Made by a program: the position numbers and the translations under genes. A DNA stretch of 64,000 bases from positions 288,001 through 352,000 of the forward strand of contig CBDCVR010000015.1 of assembly GCA_965223155.1 (NCBI GenBank). The letters run 5' to 3'. Below the pieces are notes generated by a model, which saw nothing but the letters and a program-made list of their open reading frames with translations, was not told the origin of the DNA and made no database searches. Position 1 is the stretch's first letter. Every line of letters starts with the position of its first letter. The DNA comes from Candidatus Multivoradales bacterium. Lineage in GTDB: Bacteria > Acidobacteriota > Thermoanaerobaculia > Multivoradales > JAHEKO01. Positions 43,593 to 52,793 of this stretch are shown piece by piece.

Positions 43593-43626
43593 AAAGCTGT
43601 CGTCCGGGCGACAGCTTTTTCTTTCT
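43593..43626 (+). terminator. Rho-independent terminator
   Basis: aaagctgtcg-tccggg-cgacagcttt followed by ttctttct. Confidence 0.85.
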
Positions 43627-43640
43627 GAACCGCACAATCG

Positions 43641-44966
43641 ATGGCGCCTCCGACTCGCCTCCAGCTACTCGACTTGATCGAGTCACGGACCGCCACCGTT
43701 GGGGTCGTCGGCCTGGGCTACGTCGGCCTGCCGTTGGCCCTGGCCTTCGGAGAAGCCGGATTCGGGGTGCTCGGCTTCGACGTGGACGAGGCCAAGGTGG
43801 CGAGTCTCAACGGCGGACGAAGCTACCTCCTCCACTTCCCATCCGAGAGGATCGGCAGGCTGCGTGAATCCGAACGGCTCGAGGCCACCGCCAACTTCGA
43901 CCGGCTTTCCGAACCCGACGCCATTATCGTGTGCGTTCCGACCCCGCTCGACGAAGGCGGAGAACCGGATCTCGGCTACGTCCGGGCCACGACCGAGGCC
44001 ATCGCACCGTGCCTTCGACCCGGTCAGCTCGTCGTGCTCGAGTCAACGACCTACCCCGGCACGACTGAAGAGATTCTGAAGCCACAGCTCGACGCTTCCG
44101 GCCTCGAATGCGGGACCGACTATTTTCTGGCCTACTCCCCGGAGCGGGAAGACCCCGGCAACCCCGACTTCGGCATGGCCACGATCCCCAAGGTCGTCGG
44201 CGGCGCCGACGCCGAGTCGCTGGAGACGGCCCTGGCGCTCTACGGAAGCGTCGTCCGTACCACGGTTCCCGTGTCGAGCACTCGGGTGGCCGAAGCCTCG
44301 AAGCTCACCGAGAACATCTTTCGCGCCGTCAACATCGCCTTGGTCAACGAGCTCAAGATGATCTTCGACAGCATGGAAATCGACGTCAACGAGGTTCTGG
44401 ACGCGGCGTCGACCAAGCCCTTCGGGTTCATGCGCTTCACCCCCGGGCCAGGCTGGGGCGGACACTGCATCCCCGTCGATCCCTTCTACCTGGCCTGGAA
44501 GGCCGAGCGCAGCGGGAACCAGGCCCGTTTTATTCGACTTGCCGGCGAGATCAACCGCGAGGTTCCCGAGTTCGTTCTCGGCAAGCTGGGGTCCGCCCTC
44601 GAAGCTCGCGGGCGGGAGCTCGCCGGCGCCCGCGTTCTCATCGTCGGCCTAGCCTACAAGAAGGACGTGGCCGACCCGCGCGAGAGTCCGGCCTTCGAGA
44701 TCTTGAGCCGGCTCGAAGAGCTCGGCGCCGAGGTCTCGTACCACGATCCCTACATCCCCGAACTGCCCGCGATGCGCAGCTGGCCCGCGCTGGCGCCGAG
44801 GACCTCCGTCGATCTGACGCCGGAGGTCCTCACGGCGGCCGACGCGGCCATCCTGGTCACCGACCATTCTTGCCTCGACTACGAGCTCATTGGCGAACAC
44901 GCCCGACTCATCGTGGACACTCGGGGCACCTTCGACTCCACCAACACCCGGGTCGTCAAGGCCTAG
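43641..44966 (+). CDS. UDP-N-acetylhexosamine 6-dehydrogenase (WbpA/WecC family)
   Basis: GLGYVGLP, CVPTP, ESTTYPG, SPEREDPG, KLTENIFR, GGHCIPVDP, D.RESP. Confidence 0.93.
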   Translation: MAPPTRLQLLDLIESRTATVGVVGLGYVGLPLALAFGEAGFGVLGFDVDEAKVASLNGGRSYLLHFPSERIGRLRESERLEATANFDRLSEPDAIIVCVPTPLDEGGEPDLGYVRATTEAIAPCLRPGQLVVLESTTYPGTTEEILKPQLDASGLECGTDYFLAYSPEREDPGNPDFGMATIPKVVGGADAESLETALALYGSVVRTTVPVSSTRVAEASKLTENIFRAVNIALVNELKMIFDSMEIDVNEVLDAASTKPFGFMRFTPGPGWGGHCIPVDPFYLAWKAERSGNQARFIRLAGEINREVPEFVLGKLGSALEARGRELAGARVLIVGLAYKKDVADPRESPAFEILSRLEELGAEVSYHDPYIPELPAMRSWPALAPRTSVDLTPEVLTAADAAILVTDHSCLDYELIGEHARLIVDTRGTFDSTNTRVVKA

Positions 44967-44974
44967 ACGCTCCG

Positions 44975-45943
44975 ATGCGGATCCTGGTTTCGACCTCGAG
45001 TTTCGGAAAGGTGGGTCCCGAGCCCCTGGAGCGCCTGCGCGCCTTCGCCTCCGAGGTCCGGCTCAACCCGCACGGCCGAACGCTGACCGAAGACGAGATC
45101 ACAGGGCTCCTGCAAGGAATCGATGGACTAGTGGCCGGCGTCGAGCCCCTGACCCGCGACGTTCTCGCCGGAGCCGCCGGCCTCAAGGTGATCTCGCGCT
45201 GCGGCGTCGGACTCGACCGCGTCGACACAGAGGCCGCCGAAGAGCTCGGGATCGCCGTCCGGAACACCCCGGACGCGCCCACCCAGGCGGTGGCCGAGCT
45301 CGCGCTGGCGGGACTGCTCTCGGTCCTCCGGCGCGTGGCGAGCGCGGATCGAGCGGTCCGATCCGGGCTTTGGACCAAGACCATGGGGGCCTGCCTCGCC
45401 GGCAAGACGGTCGGCATCATCGGATTCGGACGCGTCGGCCGCCGCTTCGCGGGACTCCTGGCCCCGTTCTCGGTTCGCATCCTGGTCTACGATCCCCTGC
45501 AACTCGAGAGAGCCCAGCTCGAAACACCGTCCGAGCCGGCGCTCGGGCCGGCGTCCGGATCGGCCTCCGAGCCCGAGTACCAAGCGGCCGAGCTCGACCA
45601 TCTCCTGGCCGAGGCCGACGTCGTCAGCCTTCACGCCGCGCTCACCGACGAGACCCGAGATCTGCTCGATGCCGGAGCCTTCGGCCGGATGCGGCCGGGC
45701 GCAGTACTCGTCAACACGGCTCGGGGGGAGCTTGTGGATGAGGCCGCGTTGGTCGAGAATCTGGAAGCAGGCCGGATTGGCGGAGCCTACCTGGACGTCT
45801 TTCGAGAAGAACCCTACCGGGGTCTTCTCGGGACGTTCGACAACGTCGTCCTGACGCCCCACGTCGGCTCCTATGCGCGCGAAGCCCGGCTGGCGATGGA
45901 GCTCGAAGCCGTCAACAACTTGATCGGAGCGTTTGGTGCCTGA
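44975..45943 (+). CDS. D-isomer 2-hydroxyacid dehydrogenase (SerA-like, no ACT domain)
   Basis: SRCGVGLD, GIIGFGRVG, VNTARG, LDVF.EEP, TPHVGS. Confidence 0.9.
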   Translation: MRILVSTSSFGKVGPEPLERLRAFASEVRLNPHGRTLTEDEITGLLQGIDGLVAGVEPLTRDVLAGAAGLKVISRCGVGLDRVDTEAAEELGIAVRNTPDAPTQAVAELALAGLLSVLRRVASADRAVRSGLWTKTMGACLAGKTVGIIGFGRVGRRFAGLLAPFSVRILVYDPLQLERAQLETPSEPALGPASGSASEPEYQAAELDHLLAEADVVSLHAALTDETRDLLDAGAFGRMRPGAVLVNTARGELVDEAALVENLEAGRIGGAYLDVFREEPYRGLLGTFDNVVLTPHVGSYAREARLAMELEAVNNLIGAFGA

Positions 45944-46853
45944 AACTACGACCCCTGGAAGGCGCGCTCTGGTCACGGGCGGGTCTGGTTTTCTCGGCAG
46001 CTTCATCGCCGACGAGCTCAGCCGACGCGGCCTCGAGGTCAGAATCTTCGACCGCCGCGAGTCGAAGTGGCTCCAACCCGGCCAGGAGATGGTTCTGGGA
46101 GACATCGCCGATGCCGACGCCCTGGCCGCTGCCGCGGACGGATGCGGCGCGGTCTTCCACCTGGCGGCGCTGGCCGATCTCGACACCGCCCACGGCGCCG
46201 CCAGAGAGGCGGCCGAGCTCAACATCCTGGGCACGATCAACGCTCTGGAAGCCGCACGCCGGGCCGGAGCGACGAGGTTTCTCCTGGCCAGCACGGTCTA
46301 CGTGTACAGCCGGGCCGGCGGCTTCTACCGCTGCAGCAAGCAGTCGGCCGAGGCCTTCGCTGAGGAGTTCGGCAAGCAGTACGAGCTGCCGTTCACGGTC
46401 CTGCGCTACGGCAGCCTGTACGGGCAGCGCTCGGACGACAGCAACGGCGTCTTCCGGTTGTTGCGCCAAGCGATTCGCAAAGGTTCGATCTCGGTGCCCG
46501 GCACCCCGGACGACACCCGGGAATACGTCCACGTGGAGGACGCGGCGCGGCTCAGCGTAGACGCTCTAGAGCCCGAGTTCGCCGGCGAACACCTGGTCAT
46601 CACCGGGCACCATCCGACCCGGCTGCGCGATCTTTTCGTGATGTTCTCGGAGATCCTGGGCCGCGAGATCGAGGTGCGCTACGAGGACAGTGCCGGCGAC
46701 CGCCACACCGCTCACTACCGGATGACTCCCTACGCCTACACCCCGCGAGCCGGGCGCAAGCTCACCGCTCGGCACTACGTGGACATGGGGCAGGGCCTGC
46801 TGCAGCTCATTCACGACCTCGAAGCGAACGCCGAGTCGCCGTCTTCCAAATGA
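45936..46853 (+). CDS. NAD-dependent epimerase/dehydratase (extended SDR)
   Basis: TGGSGFLG, HLAA, YRCSK, RYGSLYG. Confidence 0.9.
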   Translation: MPETTTPGRRALVTGGSGFLGSFIADELSRRGLEVRIFDRRESKWLQPGQEMVLGDIADADALAAAADGCGAVFHLAALADLDTAHGAAREAAELNILGTINALEAARRAGATRFLLASTVYVYSRAGGFYRCSKQSAEAFAEEFGKQYELPFTVLRYGSLYGQRSDDSNGVFRLLRQAIRKGSISVPGTPDDTREYVHVEDAARLSVDALEPEFAGEHLVITGHHPTRLRDLFVMFSEILGREIEVRYEDSAGDRHTAHYRMTPYAYTPRAGRKLTARHYVDMGQGLLQLIHDLEANAESPSSK

Positions 46854-47575
46854 ACGCCGCCATCATCACCGCCCGCGCCGGTTCGAAGTCGATCCAGGAC
46901 AAGAACGTCCATCCCGTAGGCGGGCGGCCCCTGGTGGCCTACCCGGCTCGGGCCGCGCTCGAAGCCGCCTCGGTCGACAAGACGTTCGTGTCCACCGACG
47001 GCGAGTCGATCGCCGAAGCCTGTTCCGAGCTGGGTGTCGAGGTCATCTGGCGTCCCGACGAGTTCGGCGGCGACCACGTCAACCATGGAGACGTGATCCG
47101 GCACGCGGTCGAATGGGTGGACGCCGGCTACGAAGGGTTGGCGAACGTCGTCCTCTTGCTCGGCAACACGGTGATGATCGATGGCGAGATCCTCGATCGC
47201 TGCCTCGGGGAGCTGGCTGCCGACAGCTCGCTCGACTCGGTCATGACCGTCTGGGAAGCGGCCGACGATCACCCGCTGCGGGCGCTCGAGATCCACGATG
47301 GACTCCTGCGGCCGTACGGAGACCCGGACCGAAACGTCTCGACCGAGCGCCAGTCCTATGCCAAGGCCTACTATTACGACCAGGGCGTATGGGCCTTCCG
47401 CAAGGAGTGCGTGCGCGAGCGCTCCGGTCCCAACCCCTGGTGGTGGATGGGCAAGCGCTCGAAGCCAATCGTGCGCGAATGGGTCACCGGCCGGGACGTT
47501 CACGGAGCGCTCGATCTCGAGATCGCCGAGTGGTGGCTGGGGCGGCGAGTCGAGCAGGCCACCGAAGGCTCGTGA
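46850..47575 (+). CDS. Acylneuraminate/ulosonate cytidylyltransferase (NeuA/KdsB family)
   Basis: AIITARAGSKSIQDKN, VSTD, C-terminal DVH...D. Confidence 0.88.
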   Translation: MNAAIITARAGSKSIQDKNVHPVGGRPLVAYPARAALEAASVDKTFVSTDGESIAEACSELGVEVIWRPDEFGGDHVNHGDVIRHAVEWVDAGYEGLANVVLLLGNTVMIDGEILDRCLGELAADSSLDSVMTVWEAADDHPLRALEIHDGLLRPYGDPDRNVSTERQSYAKAYYYDQGVWAFRKECVRERSGPNPWWWMGKRSKPIVREWVTGRDVHGALDLEIAEWWLGRRVEQATEGS

Positions 47576-48231
47576 CCTACCGCCTACCGCTGGCGAGTTT
47601 CGACGCCATCATCTTCGACTTCGATGGCGTCATCCTGGAATCCGGAGCCATCAAGACCCAGGCTTTCCTGGACCTCTTCAGCGAACACGACGAGCACCGG
47701 GATTCGATCCTGGCGCACCATCTTCAGAATCTGGGGGTCTCCCGATTCGAGAAGTTCGCGTGGATCTATCGCGAACTGCTCCGGGAACCCCTGCCGTCAG
47801 AACTCCGCGCCGAGCTCGGTCGGCGCTACTCGCGCCTGGTCTTCGACCGGATGCTGGCCTGTCCAATGGTACCCGGCGCCGGCGAGCTCCTGGATCGTCT
47901 CGGCGGCCGGCTGCCCTGCTTTGTCGCCTCGGCCACGCCCCACGAAGAGCTTGTCGCAATCATCGAGACCCGAGGATTGGCCGACGCCTTCGAAGCCGTC
48001 TTCGGCTCGCCACCCGGGAAGAACGAGCTCGTCTCCACAATCGTCCGGACGCGCGACTTCGCCCCCGACCGGGTGCTGATGATCGGCGACGGCGTCACAG
48101 ACCTCGAAGCCGCCACCGCTGCCGGCTGCAGGTTTCTTGCCCGTTTCGACCAAGCCGCGCCTCGACAATCCTGGCCGCCCGAGACCCTCTGTGTCGATGA
48201 CCTGCGCCAGATCGAGGTCATCGCGTGCTAG
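47572..48231 (+). CDS. HAD-family phosphatase
   Basis: FDFDGV, VASAT, K, MIGDGVTD. Confidence 0.9.
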   Translation: MTYRLPLASFDAIIFDFDGVILESGAIKTQAFLDLFSEHDEHRDSILAHHLQNLGVSRFEKFAWIYRELLREPLPSELRAELGRRYSRLVFDRMLACPMVPGAGELLDRLGGRLPCFVASATPHEELVAIIETRGLADAFEAVFGSPPGKNELVSTIVRTRDFAPDRVLMIGDGVTDLEAATAAGCRFLARFDQAAPRQSWPPETLCVDDLRQIEVIAC

Positions 48232-49367
48232 ACACGGCGAAACGCCTCTGGACCGGCTGCGCGCTTCTACTTCTCAACACTCTGGTCGTCTTCGCGCTCG
48301 CCAACCTTGTGGCGGCCGCCATCCTGTCGTGGCTGCCGCCCGCGGACATACCGCCCGCGCTTTCCGACGAAGAGATCGCGCAGGTCTATCCCGGCAAGAG
48401 CTCCGAAGACGTCCGGCAGCTTCTGGAAGAAACCTGGGGACGACGCTACGCCTATGAGACCTTCACCGAGTTCAAGGAAGGGACGACGAGCGGACGCTTC
48501 GTCACCGTTGAGGACACGGGCTTTCGCCGCTCGCCTGAAGACTACCCTTGGCCCCCGGCACCCGACGCGGACAACATTTTCGTCTTTGGCGGCTCGACCG
48601 CATTCGGGTACGGCGTAGGCGACGACGAGACCATTCCCGTCGCTCTCGATCGGGCCTTGAGGAACGAGGGTTGCTCCGAGACTCGGGTCTACAACCTGGC
48701 GCGCTCGAACTACTACAGCTCTCAAGAACGAGCTCTTTTCGAACGCTTGCTCGTCGACGGGATCGCGCCGCGGCTCGCACTTTTCCTCGACGGTCTCAAC
48801 GAAGCCGGCCATCCCGATGGCGGCGCCAAGTACTCGAACCGCCTCAGCTACTTGATGGCCGAGACACACTCGCAGACCGCCCGGCGCGCCCTCAAGTGGC
48901 TGCCGCTTGGCCGCCTGATCTCACGATTGCGGCCAGATCCCGATCCAGCATCCCCGATCGCCGCGCCGGCAGGTACCGCGCAAACCGTCATCGCTCGCTG
49001 GGCGGCCAACCGGCGGCTGATCGAGGCGGCCGCCGATGCCCATGGAACCGAAGTCCTCTTCGTCTGGCAGCCGGTGCCGACCTACCGCTACGACCTGCGT
49101 TTCCATCTCTTCGCCGAACGTCTTGCGGGCAAGAACTGGGACCTCTTGGATGCAATCTACGGCCAGATGCGCGACCGTCACGGAGACGGCGGCATCGGAG
49201 AGCCCTCGGAGGACTCCGACCGGTTCCTGTGGCTCGCAGACCTGCAAACCGACCGCAACGAACCCCTGTACGTCGATAGCGTCCACTACACGGCGGCGTT
49301 CTCCGAGACGATCGCGCGAGCTCTCGCCAAGCACATCGGGGCCACCCTGTGCGATTCGGCACCCTGA
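48225..49367 (+). CDS. Membrane-anchored SGNH/GDSL hydrolase-fold protein
   Basis: N-term TM; FGGST, DGLNE, DSVH. Confidence 0.8.
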   Translation: MLDTAKRLWTGCALLLLNTLVVFALANLVAAAILSWLPPADIPPALSDEEIAQVYPGKSSEDVRQLLEETWGRRYAYETFTEFKEGTTSGRFVTVEDTGFRRSPEDYPWPPAPDADNIFVFGGSTAFGYGVGDDETIPVALDRALRNEGCSETRVYNLARSNYYSSQERALFERLLVDGIAPRLALFLDGLNEAGHPDGGAKYSNRLSYLMAETHSQTARRALKWLPLGRLISRLRPDPDPASPIAAPAGTAQTVIARWAANRRLIEAAADAHGTEVLFVWQPVPTYRYDLRFHLFAERLAGKNWDLLDAIYGQMRDRHGDGGIGEPSEDSDRFLWLADLQTDRNEPLYVDSVHYTAAFSETIARALAKHIGATLCDSAP

Positions 49368-49479
49368 CTCTCGGCAACCCGCCCAAGAAGCCTGCCTTGG
49401 GAACCACGGGGTTGTTCGCTATTCTCTCGGAGCCGCCCGCGTCCGTAGGCCCCCTCGTCTCGACCTCCACAAGAATCCG

Positions 49480-50598
49480 ATGAGCGAAACCATTCTCGTA
49501 ACCGGTGGTTGCGGCTTCATCGGCTCCCACCTCGTCGATGACCTCATCGCGGCCGGCAGGAACGTCCGCGTCATCGACAACCTGACCGCCCAGGTGCACC
49601 CCGGCGGCCGGAAACCCGAATATCTCAATCCAGGAGCCGAGTACGTCGTCGCCGACATCACTGACGATGGTGTCCTGGAAACGACTCTGGCCGGGGTCGA
49701 CGTCCTCGTGCATTTCGCGGCCGCCGTGGGCGTCGGGCAGTCCATGTACGAGCCCGAACACTATGTCCATACGAACTCCGTTGGCACGGCGAAACTGTGG
49801 CAAGCGGTGCTCGGACTCGAAAAGAAACCCCGCAAGGTGCTGGTCGCGTCATCGATGAGCATCTACGGCGAGGGCCGCTACGTCTGCAAGAACTGCGGCC
49901 CGGCCCGCGGGCACCGAAGCGAAGAAGCCCTTCGAGAGGGCCACTGGGAGCCCACGTGCGCAACCTGCCAAGGCCCGCTCGAAGCCTTGCCGACAGACGA
50001 GGCTCATCATCAAGATCCGACGTCGATCTACGCTCTCTCCAAGTACGACCAAGAACGAATGTCTCTGGCGCTTGGAGCTGCCTATTCGATTCCTACCGTT
50101 GCCTTGAGGTTTTTCAATGTGTACGGCACCCGCCAGTCACTGTCGAACCCCTATACCGGCGTTGGAGCCATCTTCTCCTCGCGGATTCGGTCGGACAGCC
50201 CGCCGACCGTCTACGAAGACGGAATGCAGCAGCGCGACTTCGTCCACGTTCGGGACATTGTTCAGGCCTGCCGACTCGTCATGGATTCCGATGGCGCCGA
50301 CGGCCGCGCGTTCAACGTCGGTAGCGGCCGCGCCATTACCATTCGGGACCTGGCCAAGCTCCTGATCGACCTTCACGGCAAGACAGGTTCGCTCCAGCCC
50401 GAGATCACAGGACGGTTCCGAACCGGAGACATTCGGCACTGCTTCGCCGACATCTCCAAGATTCGAGAACTGGGCTACGAGCCCAAGGTGTCCCTCGAAT
50501 CAGGCTTGCGCGAGCTCGAAGACTGGAGTCAGACGGCGCCTACCGACGACAAGTTCGACGCGGCCCAAGGCGAGCTTCATCGGCGCGGTCTCGCGTAG
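49480..50598 (+). CDS. NAD-dependent epimerase with CxxC...CxxC insert (WbiB-like SDR)
   Basis: TGGCGFIG, GVGQSMY, SSMSIYGEG, CKNC...CATC, YALSK, RFFNVYG..Q.LSNPYTG. Confidence 0.9.
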   Translation: MSETILVTGGCGFIGSHLVDDLIAAGRNVRVIDNLTAQVHPGGRKPEYLNPGAEYVVADITDDGVLETTLAGVDVLVHFAAAVGVGQSMYEPEHYVHTNSVGTAKLWQAVLGLEKKPRKVLVASSMSIYGEGRYVCKNCGPARGHRSEEALREGHWEPTCATCQGPLEALPTDEAHHQDPTSIYALSKYDQERMSLALGAAYSIPTVALRFFNVYGTRQSLSNPYTGVGAIFSSRIRSDSPPTVYEDGMQQRDFVHVRDIVQACRLVMDSDGADGRAFNVGSGRAITIRDLAKLLIDLHGKTGSLQPEITGRFRTGDIRHCFADISKIRELGYEPKVSLESGLRELEDWSQTAPTDDKFDAAQGELHRRGLA

Positions 50599-50604
50599 AC
50601 GCCG

Positions 50605-51654
50605 ATGCGCGTCGTCTTCGTCCCCAAAGGTGGTCCCGACGTTCCAAGTAGCAAGTACCGTTGCCACTTCTTCGCCGAGGCCCTCGGATCCTGCGGCATA
50701 GCCACGCGCATCTTGGCTCCTCCGGCCCGCCTCGGCTGGCGGCCACGCGCGGGCGCTCTCGCCGACCTACGCAGGCTCCGAGCGGATCTCCGGACGGTGG
50801 TCGAGGGGGACGTTCTGTATCTTCAGCGTCCAACCCAGAATCACTGGTTCGTCGCCATGCTCGCGGCCTTCAAACGGCGCCGACCCAGCGTCCCGGTGGT
50901 GTTCGACTTTTGCGACCCGATTTGGCTTCACTCGCCGTTCAAGACGCGAACGCTCGCTCGGCTCGCGGACCTGGTTGTCACTAGTTGCGAGGATCTGGCC
51001 GAATGGGCGCAAGACCACGGCGACCGCGTTGTCGTAGTGCCCAATAGCCTGCCGTCGCTGCCGCTACCGCGTCCAGAGCCACAATCGATCTCCAGCCTGC
51101 CGACGCTCGGTTGGGTGGGCAACGCAACGGTCCATCGTCAGAATCTGACGCTTCTCGCCGAGGCTCTCGACGAGCTTCGTCGGCCCGCGCGGTTTTGCCT
51201 TGTCGGGAGCCGGGGCGCCGAGGACCTGGTCGACCGATTCGCCACGATTCCCAATCTCGAGGTGCAAAACCACCCCTGGCTTGGGCCCGACGAGGTCGCG
51301 ACGATTCTCGAGCGAGTCGACATCGCACTCTTGCCGGTCCGGGACGTTCCATGGAATCGAAAGCTCCTGACCAAGTTGATCGAATACCTGGGAGCCGGCC
51401 TCCCGGTGATCGCGAGCCCGGTGGGAGACAATCGGCGGGCGATCCACCATGGCGTCAACGGGATGCTCGCCGCGACGGCCAGCGAATGGCGTGACTGCTT
51501 GGGTCGGCTGATCGACGAGCCCGAGCTCCGAGCGTCCCTTGGCCGAGCAGCCAGGGAAACGGCCGCGGGCCGATACGGCTTGGAAGTCAACGGGCCCAAG
51601 CTTGCTCGGGCGCTACGCGAACTGGTGTCGGTTTCCAACCTCCAGGTCGGCTGA
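50605..51654 (+). CDS. Glycosyltransferase family 4
   Basis: LGWVG, KLIEYLGAGLPVIASPVG. Confidence 0.88.
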   Translation: MRVVFVPKGGPDVPSSKYRCHFFAEALGSCGIATRILAPPARLGWRPRAGALADLRRLRADLRTVVEGDVLYLQRPTQNHWFVAMLAAFKRRRPSVPVVFDFCDPIWLHSPFKTRTLARLADLVVTSCEDLAEWAQDHGDRVVVVPNSLPSLPLPRPEPQSISSLPTLGWVGNATVHRQNLTLLAEALDELRRPARFCLVGSRGAEDLVDRFATIPNLEVQNHPWLGPDEVATILERVDIALLPVRDVPWNRKLLTKLIEYLGAGLPVIASPVGDNRRAIHHGVNGMLAATASEWRDCLGRLIDEPELRASLGRAARETAAGRYGLEVNGPKLARALRELVSVSNLQVG

Positions 51655-51662
51655 ACTCGACG

Positions 51663-52793
51663 ATGACGCGAATCCTGTACCTGTCGCAATCCTACGTACC
51701 CTCACGTCGAGCGAACTCGGTTCAAGTCATGCAGATGTGCGCTGCCATCTCCGACTTGGGACACGAGGTCGAATTGCTCACGAAGGGAGCCGATCAGGGC
51801 CTTGACGCCGGCACGGATGTCCATGGGTTCTACGGGGTTCGGCCATCTTTCCCCGTCGTGTCTCGTCCGCGACCTCGATTCCCGGGTGGAGGCACCGCGT
51901 ATGCTCTTGCGCTGGCGCAATCGCTCAATGGCAGGAAGAAGGCGATCGACCTGGCCTACAGCCGTGACCCCGTAGGCGTCTGGCTCGCCCCCCGGCTGGG
52001 GGTCCCCACCGTCGCCGAGGTGCATGCCATGCCCAAGCCCGGCTGGCAGGCAAGCTGGTTTCGGTCGATGCTCCGCCAAGACAATCTGGTGCGGGTTGTC
52101 GCCATCACCGAGGCGCTTCGCCGCGACCTCGAAGATGGGTTCGGCCAACTCGGAGACCGCATTCTGGTGGCCCCGGACGCCGTGCGCGACGATTTCTGTC
52201 CGGACTTCGGCGCCCAGAGACGCGAGCGGGCCGCCGGCGCCGGCACGCCTCGGGTGGGCTATGTCGGCAACCTCTATTCCGGCCGGGGCATCGAGCTCAT
52301 CGCCGAGCTGGCGTCTTCGATGCCCGATGTCGCCTTTCACGTCGTCGGCGGCAGCGATCAGGCGGTGGCCCGCTTTCGGGCCAGGTACCCACGGCCGAAT
52401 CTGACCTTCGCAGGCTTCGTCCCGCCCGCCCATTTGGCACGGGAGTTCGCCAAGCTGGACGTGCTCCTGATGCCCCATCAGTATCGCGTCGGGACGGGCA
52501 AGGAACGAAGCGACATCGCCCGCTGGACCTCGCCGATGAAGATGTTCGAGTACATGGCCACCGGACTGCCGATCGTCGCGTCTGATCTGCCAGTGCTTGG
52601 AGAGGTTCTACGCCACGGAGATAACGCTTTGCTGGTCCCGCCGGACGCCGCCGCCGCCTGGCAGGACACGATCCGCCGGGTCCTGACCGACCGGGATCTC
52701 GCCACGCGGCTAGGCGCCACGGCGCGAAGCGAGGTCCTGGCCAACTACACCTGGCATCGCCGAGCCGAACGGGTCCTGCATGGCCTCGTCTGA
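51663..52793 (+). CDS. Glycosyltransferase family 4
   Basis: YVGNLYSGRG, SPMKMFEYMATGLPIVASDLP. Confidence 0.9.
   Translation: MTRILYLSQSYVPSRRANSVQVMQMCAAISDLGHEVELLTKGADQGLDAGTDVHGFYGVRPSFPVVSRPRPRFPGGGTAYALALAQSLNGRKKAIDLAYSRDPVGVWLAPRLGVPTVAEVHAMPKPGWQASWFRSMLRQDNLVRVVAITEALRRDLEDGFGQLGDRILVAPDAVRDDFCPDFGAQRRERAAGAGTPRVGYVGNLYSGRGIELIAELASSMPDVAFHVVGGSDQAVARFRARYPRPNLTFAGFVPPAHLAREFAKLDVLLMPHQYRVGTGKERSDIARWTSPMKMFEYMATGLPIVASDLPVLGEVLRHGDNALLVPPDAAAAWQDTIRRVLTDRDLATRLGATARSEVLANYTWHRRAERVLHGLV

Noticed and set aside
44108-44974. Long N-terminal extensions of glycan-cluster ORFs (44108, 47113, 49036, 55212, 57274, 59805, 60845 starts) as fusions or frameshifts
   Set aside because: They overlap upstream genes in other frames or the upstream gap; better starts sit at or near the upstream stop codons.
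44975-45943. Calling this gene serA
   Set aside because: It lacks ASB/ACT domains and sits in a sugar-biosynthesis operon; substrate unknown.
49368-49479. GGCAACC at 49373 (and at 62255) as further SAM riboswitches
   Set aside because: No matching GGUGCC strand or P1 helix, and the downstream genes are glycan enzymes.
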